Of a stretch of DNA of 64,000 bases, positions 9,682 through 17,798 are shown piece by piece. A program made the position numbers and the translations under genes. Location of the stretch: UHGV virus genome UHGV-1332848, one strand, 5' to 3'. The notes under the pieces are model-generated. The model made no database searches and was not told where the DNA came from. It worked only from the letters and a program-made list of their open reading frames with translations. The stretch comes from a virus. Positions within the stretch are counted from its first letter, which is position 1; each line of letters starts with the position of its first letter.

Positions 9682-9846
9682 ATGGGGGATAAAGAGATAT
9701 TATGCACATATAAGTTCGATGGCAATTATACTTTTGATTGGTTGGATGAAAATGAAGTTGAGTGCTGGATAGAAGAAAATAAAGATAAATATGAAGATAT
9801 AGAAATAATTAGAATTAAAGTAACAGAGATACTTTATGAAAGTTAA
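9682..9846 (+). CDS. small hypothetical protein
   Basis: 54-aa ORF with strong RBS GTAGGAGG. Not in track. Confidence 0.45.
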   Translation: MGDKEILCTYKFDGNYTFDWLDENEVECWIEENKDKYEDIEIIRIKVTEILYES

Positions 9847-9861
9847 TAGGGAGGAGCGAAG

Positions 9862-10056
9862 ATGAAAACAGAAGGATTATCAATAATAGAGCAAGTAGAA
9901 ATAGTGATGGATGACATGAAACAACTTTTAGAAGATTTAGAAGGTACTGATTCAGAAAATATTGATTTTGACCAGTTGAGAAAATTAGCTAATTACAGCA
10001 AGAATTATGCCATAGACATAAGAGATTTTGTAGCCAATAGAGATTTAGAAGAATAG
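9862..10056 (+). CDS. hypothetical acidic protein
   Basis: 64-aa ORF, RBS GGGAGGAG. Confidence 0.5.
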   Translation: MKTEGLSIIEQVEIVMDDMKQLLEDLEGTDSENIDFDQLRKLANYSKNYAIDIRDFVANRDLEE

Positions 10057-10095
10057 ATAAATGATACATTTTATTAGGGCTTTAGGAGATTTTAA

Positions 10096-10278
10096 ATGGA
10101 TAAATTCAAGGTAAAAATAACAGAAATGTATTGCTATGAAGTGGAAGTTGATGCAAAAGACAAGAAAGAAGCTTTGAAGAAGGCTAAGAAAATATATGAA
10201 GAAGATTATGAAAAAGAAGGATATTGTTTTGTTGCAGATTCAGCTACTTTAGAAGCAACAAAGTATAAAGTAGAGTAA
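10096..10278 (+). CDS. hypothetical protein
   Basis: 60-aa ORF, RBS AGGAG. Confidence 0.5.
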   Translation: MDKFKVKITEMYCYEVEVDAKDKKEALKKAKKIYEEDYEKEGYCFVADSATLEATKYKVE

Positions 10279-10316
10279 GTTACGATACATTTTATTAATT
10301 ATAAGGAGGGGTTAAG

Positions 10317-10475
10317 ATGGAATATAATATTGATTTCAAAAAGATTAGTGAAATTCTAAAAAAAGAAGAGGAAAGAAAATTGAAAGAAGGGGATATTATT
10401 AATTTTGAAGGTGTTAATATGAGAATATCTCGTATTGATAAAAACGGGATTATTTCAGCGATCAAGCATAATTAA
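10317..10475 (+). CDS. small hypothetical protein
   Basis: 52-aa ORF, strong RBS AAGGAGGGG. Not in track. Confidence 0.45.
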   Translation: MEYNIDFKKISEILKKEEERKLKEGDIINFEGVNMRISRIDKNGIISAIKHN

Positions 10476-10515
10476 AATAATGATTTTAAAGAGTATATAA
10501 AAGGTGGTGAATATT

Positions 10516-10909
10516 GTGAATGATAGTTTAGATTTTGCCAATGTGGTTAGTGCTAAAATCCAGACAAAAAAATGACTTCTCTAATATAGTTATGGAGATG
10601 GTGGAAAACAACTTAATTACTGAAAATGAATATAAGGTGTTAAGCAACATGATTTTGAATAACGTAATAATGAATATATATGATTACTATAACAACAATG
10701 TATATCTTAGTTTTAATTATATATCGAAGATAACTAAAATAAATTTTGAAAGTTTAAAAGGTGTATTAGGTAGCTTAATTAAGAAAGGATTAATGTTTAA
10801 AGAGAGTAATGATAATAATTATGAAGGAAATCAATTTAGTGTAAGTTGTTACGTATATGGTGTTTATAGCGATGAAGAATTCAAAAGGATAACTAAGGAT
10901 TTAAACTAA
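10516..10909 (+). pseudogene. hypothetical protein interrupted at A7 tract (10566-10572)
   Basis: RBS-supported GTG at 10516 reads 'VNDSLDFANVVSAKIQTKK*'. Frame of track ORF 10535..10909 has no RBS. One extra A fuses them (..TKKNDFSNIVMEMVENN..). Confidence 0.5.
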
Positions 10910-10929
10910 TTAGTAAAGAAGGTATAATT

Positions 10930-11154
10930 ATGAGATTAGGTTATAATGTTGAAAATGACCGTTATGGAATTTTAGATCATGATTTATGGATTGATAGAGG
11001 GCTACATTGTGGAGAATCCATAGAAGTATTTGTAAACGATAAGTGGATTAAAGATAGAATAGAATATGACCATAAAATTAAGAATTGGTATCTTGTAAAC
11101 AGTGGTTTGATTGGAGAAGATTTAGAATATTTAAAGGTTAGATTAGGGGAGTAA
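10930..11154 (+). CDS. hypothetical protein
   Basis: 74-aa ORF, RBS AAGGT. Followed by hairpin TAGGGGA-GTAAAA-TCCCCTA at 11144-11163. Confidence 0.5.
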   Translation: MRLGYNVENDRYGILDHDLWIDRGLHCGESIEVFVNDKWIKDRIEYDHKIKNWYLVNSGLIGEDLEYLKVRLGE

Positions 11155-11208
11155 AATCCCCTAAATAATTCTTAAAAGAGTTGTTTTATAAATTTTTGTA
11201 AGCGTACA

Positions 11209-11796
11209 ATGCAAGTTGAGGAGATGTTTAATATGAACATTTGGGAATTTTTAAGAAAGTTTGATAATATTAAAAACAGAAAGACAAAGGAGTTTTATGA
11301 AATAGTACATAAGGAGCTGATGAAAAAGCAATATACAGAGGAAAGTATAAGAAGTATGGGTAATGAATATGCTGACAAAATAATAGATGTGGAGAAATTC
11401 ATAAAAGAAAAAGATGGATTAACATATATATATGGTAATCTTGATAAAATAGACAATAAGGAACAATGGGTGAAAGTAATGCTTCTTGAAAAAAATAACA
11501 GACTAGAACACTGGATAGTTGAGAAAGGCGAAGATTTTTATAACAGGGTAAGAAATGAAGGATTAGTAGTAGTTAAAAATTATTTTATACAAAACAATTT
11601 TACTATTGATGACCTTTACAATGAACATTTTATATATGATGTGTTTTATCCAACTATTGATAGAAAGAAAAATATAATAAAAGAAGAAGTATTCTCCATG
11701 ATTGACGACTTGAGTTTAGGGGATATAATTAAAATAAAAGATTACATTGAGTATTTAGAATATAAAAGAGAGTTAGATGAAGGAGAAGTGAGATAG
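11209..11796 (+). CDS. hypothetical protein
   Basis: 195-aa ORF, RBS GAGGAG. Confidence 0.5.
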   Translation: MQVEEMFNMNIWEFLRKFDNIKNRKTKEFYEIVHKELMKKQYTEESIRSMGNEYADKIIDVEKFIKEKDGLTYIYGNLDKIDNKEQWVKVMLLEKNNRLEHWIVEKGEDFYNRVRNEGLVVVKNYFIQNNFTIDDLYNEHFIYDVFYPTIDRKKNIIKEEVFSMIDDLSLGDIIKIKDYIEYLEYKRELDEGEVR

Positions 11797-11838
11797 CTAA
11801 AAAACTTAGTTAAAACTCGTAAAGATTATAATATAATT

Positions 11839-11880
11839 AAAAAGGAGCAAATTTGAGATTAAAAAACTCCTTTTTAAAAA
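11839..11880 (+). terminator. rho-independent terminator (AAAAAGGAG...CTCCTTTTT)
   Basis: 9-bp stem 11839-11847/11867-11875 followed by T-run. Immediately upstream of next promoter. Confidence 0.55.
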
Positions 11881-11887
11881 ACTTTTT

Positions 11888-11936
11888 TAATAATTAATTA
11901 AAAAGTCTTGAAGGTTAATATATAATATGGTAATAT
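11888..11936 (+). promoter_or_regulatory. AATAATTAATTAAAAA motif + TTGAAG-17-TAATAT promoter
   Basis: TTGAAG 11908-11913, TAATAT 11931-11936. Confidence 0.55.
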
Positions 11937-11984
11937 AAATATATCAAGAAATTCTTGGTAAAATAATTAAAGTGAGGTAATGAA

Positions 11985-12323
11985 ATGAATGAATTAAAAG
12001 CATTTTACATTACAGATGATAACGGGATTATAAAAGATCTCATAATAGGAACAAAAGAAGATAGACAAGTTGCCTTAACTACACTAGATTTTATAGAAAG
12101 TAGAAATGATAGTTGGCTCAAGCATCGAGTAGTTGAGATGCCAGCAGAAGGGATAATACATAAAGGATATATGAATATAGTAACTACTATAAAGATGAAT
12201 GGAATTCCAATTCGATGTATTCTTAATGGATTTCATAGCTTAATTGAGGCTATAGACAAGTATATGAGTATTGAAGATGGTTATAGACATTATAGTTATA
12301 TTAGCGAATACATAAAGTTGTAA
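11985..12323 (+). CDS. hypothetical protein
   Basis: 112-aa ORF, RBS GTGAGG. Confidence 0.5.
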   Translation: MNELKAFYITDDNGIIKDLIIGTKEDRQVALTTLDFIESRNDSWLKHRVVEMPAEGIIHKGYMNIVTTIKMNGIPIRCILNGFHSLIEAIDKYMSIEDGYRHYSYISEYIKL

Positions 12324-12354
12324 TAATTAATTAAAAATAGGTGGAAACACCTAC

Positions 12355-12554
12355 AATAAAGGTCGATTCAACGGTGATATGGTAAAAAGTATCACATACC
12401 TAAATCGAGAAGTATCAACCACCAAGTATTTTCTTGAAAGGGCTGAAAACTCTCGATAAACCAAAAGAGCGAATAGCTGGTAAATTCTTAGCGACAGTGG
12501 ATATTAGGGTGCTAAGACATATATACTATATCTAACAACAGTATATTTACTAGG
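12355..12554 (+). ncRNA. structured non-coding scaffold A (tracrRNA/omegaRNA-like), upstream of mini-array A
   Basis: Shares ordered blocks with scaffold B: AATAAAGGTYGATT (12355-12368), ACCTAAATCGAGAAG (12398-12412), AACTCTCGATAA (12448-12459), CAAGTATTTT..CTTG. ATCGAGA/TCTCGAT can pair. Contains anti-repeat ACATATATACTATATCTAAC (12517-12536). Confidence 0.5.
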
Positions 12555-12652
12555 GTTAGATATTAACATAGTATATATGTGAATACATGTAGCAACGGAT
12601 CATATAAAAAATGCTATCAAGTTAGATATTAACATGGTATATATATTGAATA
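12555..12652 (+). CRISPR. mini CRISPR-like array A: 2 x 31-nt repeats (GTTAGATATTAACATRGTATATAT...) with one 35-nt spacer, period 66
   Basis: Repeats at 12555-12585 and 12621-12652 with 2 mismatches. Unique spacer CATGTAGCAACGGATCATATAAAAAATGCTATCAA. Confidence 0.5.
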
Positions 12653-12711
12653 TTAGAATTGTGTATATAAATGAATTATTAACAAAATTAATTAAATAAA
12701 GAGGTATAAAA

Positions 12712-14061
12712 ATGGGGATTAAAATAAATAAATGTATAAAAGTAACTTTAAATAAATGCTTAAATATGGATATGAAAGAAATAAAAAGAATAATTAGAGA
12801 TTTTAACTATGATTCTTGTAGAGCGTCAAATAAAGCAATTAGAATGTGGTTATTCCATGCACAAGACATGATGGCAATGAAATTTATAGATAAAGATTTT
12901 AACATAAAAAAATATGAAAAAGAGAAGTATGGGAAAACGTATAGAAATGTAATTGAAAGAGAAATGAAATTATTAATGCCATTAGCGAATACTTCTAACG
13001 TAGGAACTTTACATCAGCAATTGGTTCAAAATGATTGGGGTAGAATAAAAAAGGATGTTTTAAATTACAAAGGACAAATAAGTAGATATAAATTAGATAC
13101 TCCTTATTTTATAAAAAATGATAATTACATATTAAGAAATCATAATGGATATTTTGTAGACATAGCATTTTTTAATAAAGAAGGATTAAAAAAATATGGA
13201 TATAAAGCTGGTCATAAATTTGAATTTCAAATAGATAAAATAGACAATAATAAAAAATCAGTTATAAATAAGTTAATAAATGGAGAATATAAACAAGGTT
13301 CATGTCAAATATATATTTCTAAAAAGGGAAAAATAGAATTAATAATAAGTTATGGATTTGAAAAAGAAATAGAAAATACTTTAAATCCTAATAAAATCCT
13401 TGGAGTTGATTTAGGCATAGTAAATACTGCAACAATGATAGTTTACGACTCTGAAATGGAGAAATATGATTATTTTAGTTGGAAGACAAATGTTATAGAT
13501 GGAGCAGAGTTAATTAAATTCAGACAGAAATATTATAATCTTAGAAAAGATATGAGTATAGCTAGTAAATATGCTGGTGATGGTAGAATTGGACATGGGT
13601 ATAAGACAAAAATGAAACCAGTAAATAAAGTTAGAGATAAGGTTGCTAATTTCTCAGATACTATAAATCACAAATATAGCAAATACATAGTTGAGTTTGC
13701 AGAAAAGAATAGTTGTGGAGTTATTCAAATGGAGGATTTATCAGGGGCTACTGCAAATGTGAAAGAGAAGTTTTTAAAAGAATGGAGTTATTATGACTTG
13801 CAAAAGAAAATAGAATACAAAGCTAAAGAAAAAGGAATCGCAGTAGTAAAAGTTAATCCTAAATATACCTCAAAAAGATGTAACAAGTGTGGGAATATAC
13901 ATAACGATAATAGAAATTGTAAAGATAATCAATCAAAATTCAAATGTGTTATTTGTGGACACGAAGATAACGCTGACATAAATGCTAGTAAAAATATTGC
14001 AATACCTAACATAGATAAAATAATCAATACATATATAAGTGATAATGAGAAAGTTGGTTAA
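12712..14061 (+). CDS. TnpB/Cas12f-like RNA-guided RuvC endonuclease (449 aa)
   Basis: RuvC-I 'ILGVDLGIVNTATM', RuvC-II 'GVIQMEDLSG', Zn finger 'CNKCGN...CVICGH', RuvC-III 'NADINASKNIA'. RBS AAAGAGG. No adjacent TnpA. Confidence 0.85.
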   Translation: MGIKINKCIKVTLNKCLNMDMKEIKRIIRDFNYDSCRASNKAIRMWLFHAQDMMAMKFIDKDFNIKKYEKEKYGKTYRNVIEREMKLLMPLANTSNVGTLHQQLVQNDWGRIKKDVLNYKGQISRYKLDTPYFIKNDNYILRNHNGYFVDIAFFNKEGLKKYGYKAGHKFEFQIDKIDNNKKSVINKLINGEYKQGSCQIYISKKGKIELIISYGFEKEIENTLNPNKILGVDLGIVNTATMIVYDSEMEKYDYFSWKTNVIDGAELIKFRQKYYNLRKDMSIASKYAGDGRIGHGYKTKMKPVNKVRDKVANFSDTINHKYSKYIVEFAEKNSCGVIQMEDLSGATANVKEKFLKEWSYYDLQKKIEYKAKEKGIAVVKVNPKYTSKRCNKCGNIHNDNRNCKDNQSKFKCVICGHEDNADINASKNIAIPNIDKIINTYISDNEKVG

Positions 14062-14074
14062 TTCCAACTTTAAA

Positions 14075-14283
14075 ATAAAGGTTGATTTACCAACCTAAAT
14101 CGAGAAGCAATATAAATAAAATGGCTTATGTGCTATGATTGGAGATATTAACTCTCGATAATGCCTTCAAGTATTTTAGCTTGGGAAAAGTGAAAGTTGG
14201 AGAGCTGATAAAGTCAGCGAGGTTGCTTTCTGATACATCTTATTGGACTTATTTATATATGGTTAAATGGCTATTTTAAAATG
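14075..14283 (+). ncRNA. structured non-coding scaffold B (tracrRNA/omegaRNA-like) beginning 14 nt after the TnpB-like stop
   Basis: Blocks AATAAAGGTTGATT (14075-14088), ACCTAAATCGAGAAG (14093-14107), AACTCTCGATAA (14150-14161), CAAGTATTTTAGCTTG. Has 8-9 nt complementarity (GATACATCT, 14223-14231) to the repeat. Confidence 0.5.
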
Positions 14284-14510
14284 GTTTGATATTAACATGA
14301 GATGTATTTAAATTTATTAATATCTAATTGTTTAGTAACTTTTGATATGTTTGATATTAACATGAGATGTATTTAAATTACATTGGTAAAAACTCTTTAT
14401 AATAGAAGTCTATGTTTGATATTAACATGAGATGTATTTAAATTAATCTCCACAGTATTCGTTTAAATCTAAATTGTAGCTTGATATTAACATAAGATGT
14501 GTTCGAATTG
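14284..14510 (+). CRISPR. mini CRISPR-like array B: 4 repeats (GTTTGATATTAACATGAGATGTATTTAAATT), 3 unique spacers (~34 nt), period exactly 65; terminal repeat degenerate
   Basis: Repeat starts 14284, 14349, 14414, 14479. Last repeat TTGATATTAACATAAGATGTGTTCGAATTG is mutated. Spacers are unrelated to each other. Confidence 0.6.
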
Positions 14511-14523
14511 AGTTGAATATGCA

Positions 14524-14570
14524 ATAATTAATTAAAAACTATTGAGAAACATAGAAATATATGGTAATAT
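14524..14570 (+). promoter_or_regulatory. AATAATTAATTAAAAA motif + TTGAGA-17-TAATAT promoter
   Basis: TTGAGA 14542-14547, TAATAT 14565-14570. Immediately after array B. Confidence 0.55.
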
Positions 14571-14777
14571 AAAAGAGTGGATAAATTCTACAAATAAAAT
14601 CGTACTAGATTAAATTTACATATATAAAAATAGTTAATTAAAAGGAGGTGGAATATATAAATAAAATTAAAATTTTCTTATATGGACTAATGATAAGAGT
14701 AGACGTCAAATTCAGACTGTACCACAAATGGAGTGAATTTAAAAAATGGGTTGATGTAAAAATGGGTTGATGTAAAA

Positions 14778-14942
14778 ATGGGTTGCAGGGATAAAACTGG
14801 AAATATCATAAAATGTAGGTATTGTAGGTCTAAAAACTTAGATTGTTACGATAACATAATTGATTCTGGATGGTGTTCTATTATTGAAAAGATGGTAGGA
14901 TGCAAACAATGTGGAAAAGATTTGGGGTATAAAAATAATTAA
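14778..14942 (+). CDS. small Cys-rich Zn-ribbon-like protein
   Basis: 54-aa ORF with 6 Cys including CxxC pairs. Start created by third copy of a 16-bp tandem repeat (ATGGGTTGATGTAAAA x2.5). Confidence 0.3.
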   Translation: MGCRDKTGNIIKCRYCRSKNLDCYDNIIDSGWCSIIEKMVGCKQCGKDLGYKNN

Positions 14943-14970
14943 TTAAAATGAAAAAAGGAGAGATATAAAA

Positions 14971-15648
14971 ATGAAAATTAATTCAACAAAAAATATTATT
15001 AAAGAAATTAAAGGAACAAACACTTTCGAGGTGATAACTTTTGGGGAAGGAAAAGATTTAGATGAATTAAAAGATAAACTAGCAATGAATGGATTTGAAT
15101 TTAAAAAGGATGGATCAATATTAAACTTAAAAAGAAGAATTAAAGAGTTGGAACAATATATAAACAATGCAGGCTCAATTGTAAAAAGAAGTACACAGTC
15201 CACTGTAAGAGAAATAATAAGCAATGCATATAAATATTCTTCATATTTTAATGAAGAGAAGAAGAACTGTATGTTTAAATATATATTAGATATGAATAAT
15301 ATTGAAGTAATTTTAGATGAGGATTTTAATGGAAACCTAATGGGTAAAATAGTCATAGATATTAAAACAAGCGATGATAATAACCTATTGTCATGGGCAG
15401 AAGTTAATAATAACAACGATGAAAATCTAATTACGATTTCTGATTATAATTACTATGACAATAGTTCATATGGAATAAAAAAGACCAACGATTTGGATGA
15501 TAAAATAGTTATATATACTGATATAAACAATGCCACTTGTAAAATTGAAACAGGTATGAATGTTATGCTTAAAGGTAAAGATTCAATTTATACTGTATTG
15601 AGTGCTGATAGGAGATCACATGATAGATTAAGAATGGTATTGATTTAA
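14971..15648 (+). CDS. hypothetical protein
   Basis: 225-aa ORF, RBS AAAGGAGAG, after AATAATTAATTAAAATG motif. Confidence 0.55.
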   Translation: MKINSTKNIIKEIKGTNTFEVITFGEGKDLDELKDKLAMNGFEFKKDGSILNLKRRIKELEQYINNAGSIVKRSTQSTVREIISNAYKYSSYFNEEKKNCMFKYILDMNNIEVILDEDFNGNLMGKIVIDIKTSDDNNLLSWAEVNNNNDENLITISDYNYYDNSSYGIKKTNDLDDKIVIYTDINNATCKIETGMNVMLKGKDSIYTVLSADRRSHDRLRMVLI

Positions 15649-15774
15649 GAATGAGGCATTAGAGTGTAGATTATATAATAGTTTTAAAAAGGATGTGAAT
15701 AATGAAAGCAATAGGTGATAAATAGTGCGACAAGACGGGTATATAATGATGTGAAAAATGAGGAGGGATTTAGT

Positions 15775-16026
15775 ATGGAATTACAATGTGCAAGAATAGG
15801 GAGAGTATTTAAAAGTATTTTTGAAAAAATAAAAATTACTCAAGTTGCTGGAGAATTAAATCAATTAGGAATAAATGTTAGAAAAACAAATAATGAATTT
15901 AAAACGCTTGAAGAAATATTGGAAGAAGTTTCAAAATTAAATAATGAAGATGCAATGAAGGCTAGTAGGTTAATAGCTGGGGAATATAATGCCAATCATT
16001 TATTTGCCATGATAAAGAGTTTATAA
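15775..16026 (+). CDS. hypothetical protein
   Basis: Track ORF 15715..16026. Internal ATG at 15775 has strong RBS GAGGAGGG, so this start is preferred. Confidence 0.5.
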   Translation: MELQCARIGRVFKSIFEKIKITQVAGELNQLGINVRKTNNEFKTLEEILEEVSKLNNEDAMKASRLIAGEYNANHLFAMIKSL

Positions 16027-16286
16027 AATGACTATTTTAAAAAGAAAAAGGATTAGAGACAGACTAATCTTTATCCCTAATCCAATTTCATATGCGAGGT
16101 CGAAGAAGATGACCCCAGTTATATTAATTACAGTTTTTATTATAAACAATGTTGTGATATAAGTAAAGATGAAAATACTGGATAAGGAGGAAAATATGAA
16201 AAGAACAGATTGAAGAAACTAAATGAATAAATAAAAGATTTAAAGGTGAGCAAATTGTAAATATTGCGAAGAAAAGGAGATAGGAA

Positions 16287-16634
16287 TTGATGAGTGTAAA
16301 ATTAAGCGAATTAAAAGATAATGAAATGTTATTGATAGATGATGATTATAATTCAATTATGTCTAAGGAAGATTACTTGGGGGATTTAGAAAGCTATAAA
16401 GGGTATGAAGTGTACACAACCACAGAATATAGAGCAAGTATTGATGCTAAATATATGCTAGAGAGTGAAATAGAATGTGAAGCTTCTAATATGTATGAGG
16501 ATTGGGAGTATGACGTATGGGATGATATAACTGAAGAAGATATAAATGAACTTCAAAGGATTGTAGATAGAATATTAAGTGGGAGTAGAAATATTTCTTA
16601 TATCGCTGACAAAAGAGTAGAAATTGATATTTAG
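16287..16634 (+). CDS. hypothetical acidic protein
   Basis: 115-aa ORF, RBS AAGGAGATAGG. Confidence 0.5.
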   Translation: MMSVKLSELKDNEMLLIDDDYNSIMSKEDYLGDLESYKGYEVYTTTEYRASIDAKYMLESEIECEASNMYEDWEYDVWDDITEEDINELQRIVDRILSGSRNISYIADKRVEIDI

Positions 16635-16705
16635 TTAATACGCATTTCAGAAATATCACTAATTAAAATATAGTATTTAACAATTATTAGAAGGTGGTGA
16701 AATAA

Positions 16706-16882
16706 ATGGTAGATGAGATTAGAGAGTATCTTCAAAGTCAATTAAACAGTGTATATTGTGATACCTGCGGATCAGAGAATTGTGATGAGTGTCACAGAAA
16801 ATCTATGTATTGGAGTATATCAGAAGATTATGCTGAAACGTTGGCAAATAGAATTATAAATATAATGAAAGAAGAAGGTTAA
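16706..16882 (+). CDS. small Cys-containing hypothetical protein
   Basis: 58-aa ORF, RBS AAGGTGGTG. Contains CDTCGSENCDEC. Confidence 0.45.
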   Translation: MVDEIREYLQSQLNSVYCDTCGSENCDECHRKSMYWSISEDYAETLANRIINIMKEEG

Positions 16883-16937
16883 ATTGAACAGTTGATAAGA
16901 TATAATAAGGCTCTAGGAAAGATTAAATAATTTTATA

Positions 16938-16986
16938 TAATAATTAATTAAAAACTATTTACAATACAATAAAAAGATGTTAATAT
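16938..16986 (+). promoter_or_regulatory. AATAATTAATTAAAAA motif + TTTACA-17-TAATAT promoter
   Basis: TTTACA 16958-16963, TAATAT 16981-16986. Confidence 0.55.
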
Positions 16987-17038
16987 TAGATTGTAAGGTA
17001 AATATTACTAATAAATACATAAAAGAGAGGTTAAATTT

Positions 17039-17767
17039 ATGAGAAAAGATGAATTAATGAAAGACTTATTAAGTTGTGGATTTAAATTTAATGAAAGAGG
17101 TGATATTGTAAATTTTGAGAGCAGGAAAACGGATTTAGAAGGAATGTTATATTCGTGGAAGGGTACTATTTTTGAAAACTCTGTGAAAGATAGTGTAAGT
17201 AATGTATTAAAAAACGTAGATGAATATAACGAATTAAATAAAGTGGTAAAAACAAATAAAATAAACTACAAAGACGGACTTGGAATTCTGTCTTGGGAGT
17301 TATTAGACAAAAATAATTTAAAGGTGAAAGTGCATAGTGGGCGATTCCATATTGTGACATTATTAAAGATATTAATTTCCGAAATAGATGTTTTGAAAGA
17401 ATTTAGCTATAAAAGAATTAGCCCTTATAAGCTAGAATGGGAAAGACCTATGCATAGAGAAGATAAGACTCACGTCTACAAAATGGTGTTTATTGATGTG
17501 AAGGATGAAAATAAAATCAAAGAATCTGAAATAATAAAGCTGAATTGTAGCATGAGCTTAGAGGTAGGGGAATATAATTTTTTCATTCCAGATTTATTGG
17601 AACTTGCGAGATTGAAAGGTTTAGTTAAACTAGAAGAAGATATTTATAAATATGTAGAAGGTAGATTTATTGATGTATTGAATATAAAATATATTGACGA
17701 TAGTATGAGCAAGGAGAAACTTAAAGCAAGTGGTTGGACAGTACCCATAGGATATGTAGAAAGATAA
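17039..17767 (+). CDS. hypothetical protein
   Basis: 242-aa ORF, RBS AGAGAGG. Confidence 0.55.
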   Translation: MRKDELMKDLLSCGFKFNERGDIVNFESRKTDLEGMLYSWKGTIFENSVKDSVSNVLKNVDEYNELNKVVKTNKINYKDGLGILSWELLDKNNLKVKVHSGRFHIVTLLKILISEIDVLKEFSYKRISPYKLEWERPMHREDKTHVYKMVFIDVKDENKIKESEIIKLNCSMSLEVGEYNFFIPDLLELARLKGLVKLEEDIYKYVEGRFIDVLNIKYIDDSMSKEKLKASGWTVPIGYVER

Positions 17768-17798
17768 AATAATTAATTAAAAAGAAAGGGGTGGTATT

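Noticed and set aside
12555-14320. Repeats begin with TTGAT / TAGAT, reminiscent of the ISDra2 TnpB TAM (TTGAT)
   Set aside because: A 5-nt match in AT-rich sequence is easily coincidental, and no target-adjacent context is available.
14284-14510. Interpreting the repeat units as tandem copies of an IS605 right end, each carrying a TnpB guide
   Set aside because: The strict 65-bp period with unique, equal-length spacers and a degenerate terminal repeat fits a CRISPR-type array better. No TnpA or IS left end was seen. The CRISPR-type reading remains unproven without RNA data.
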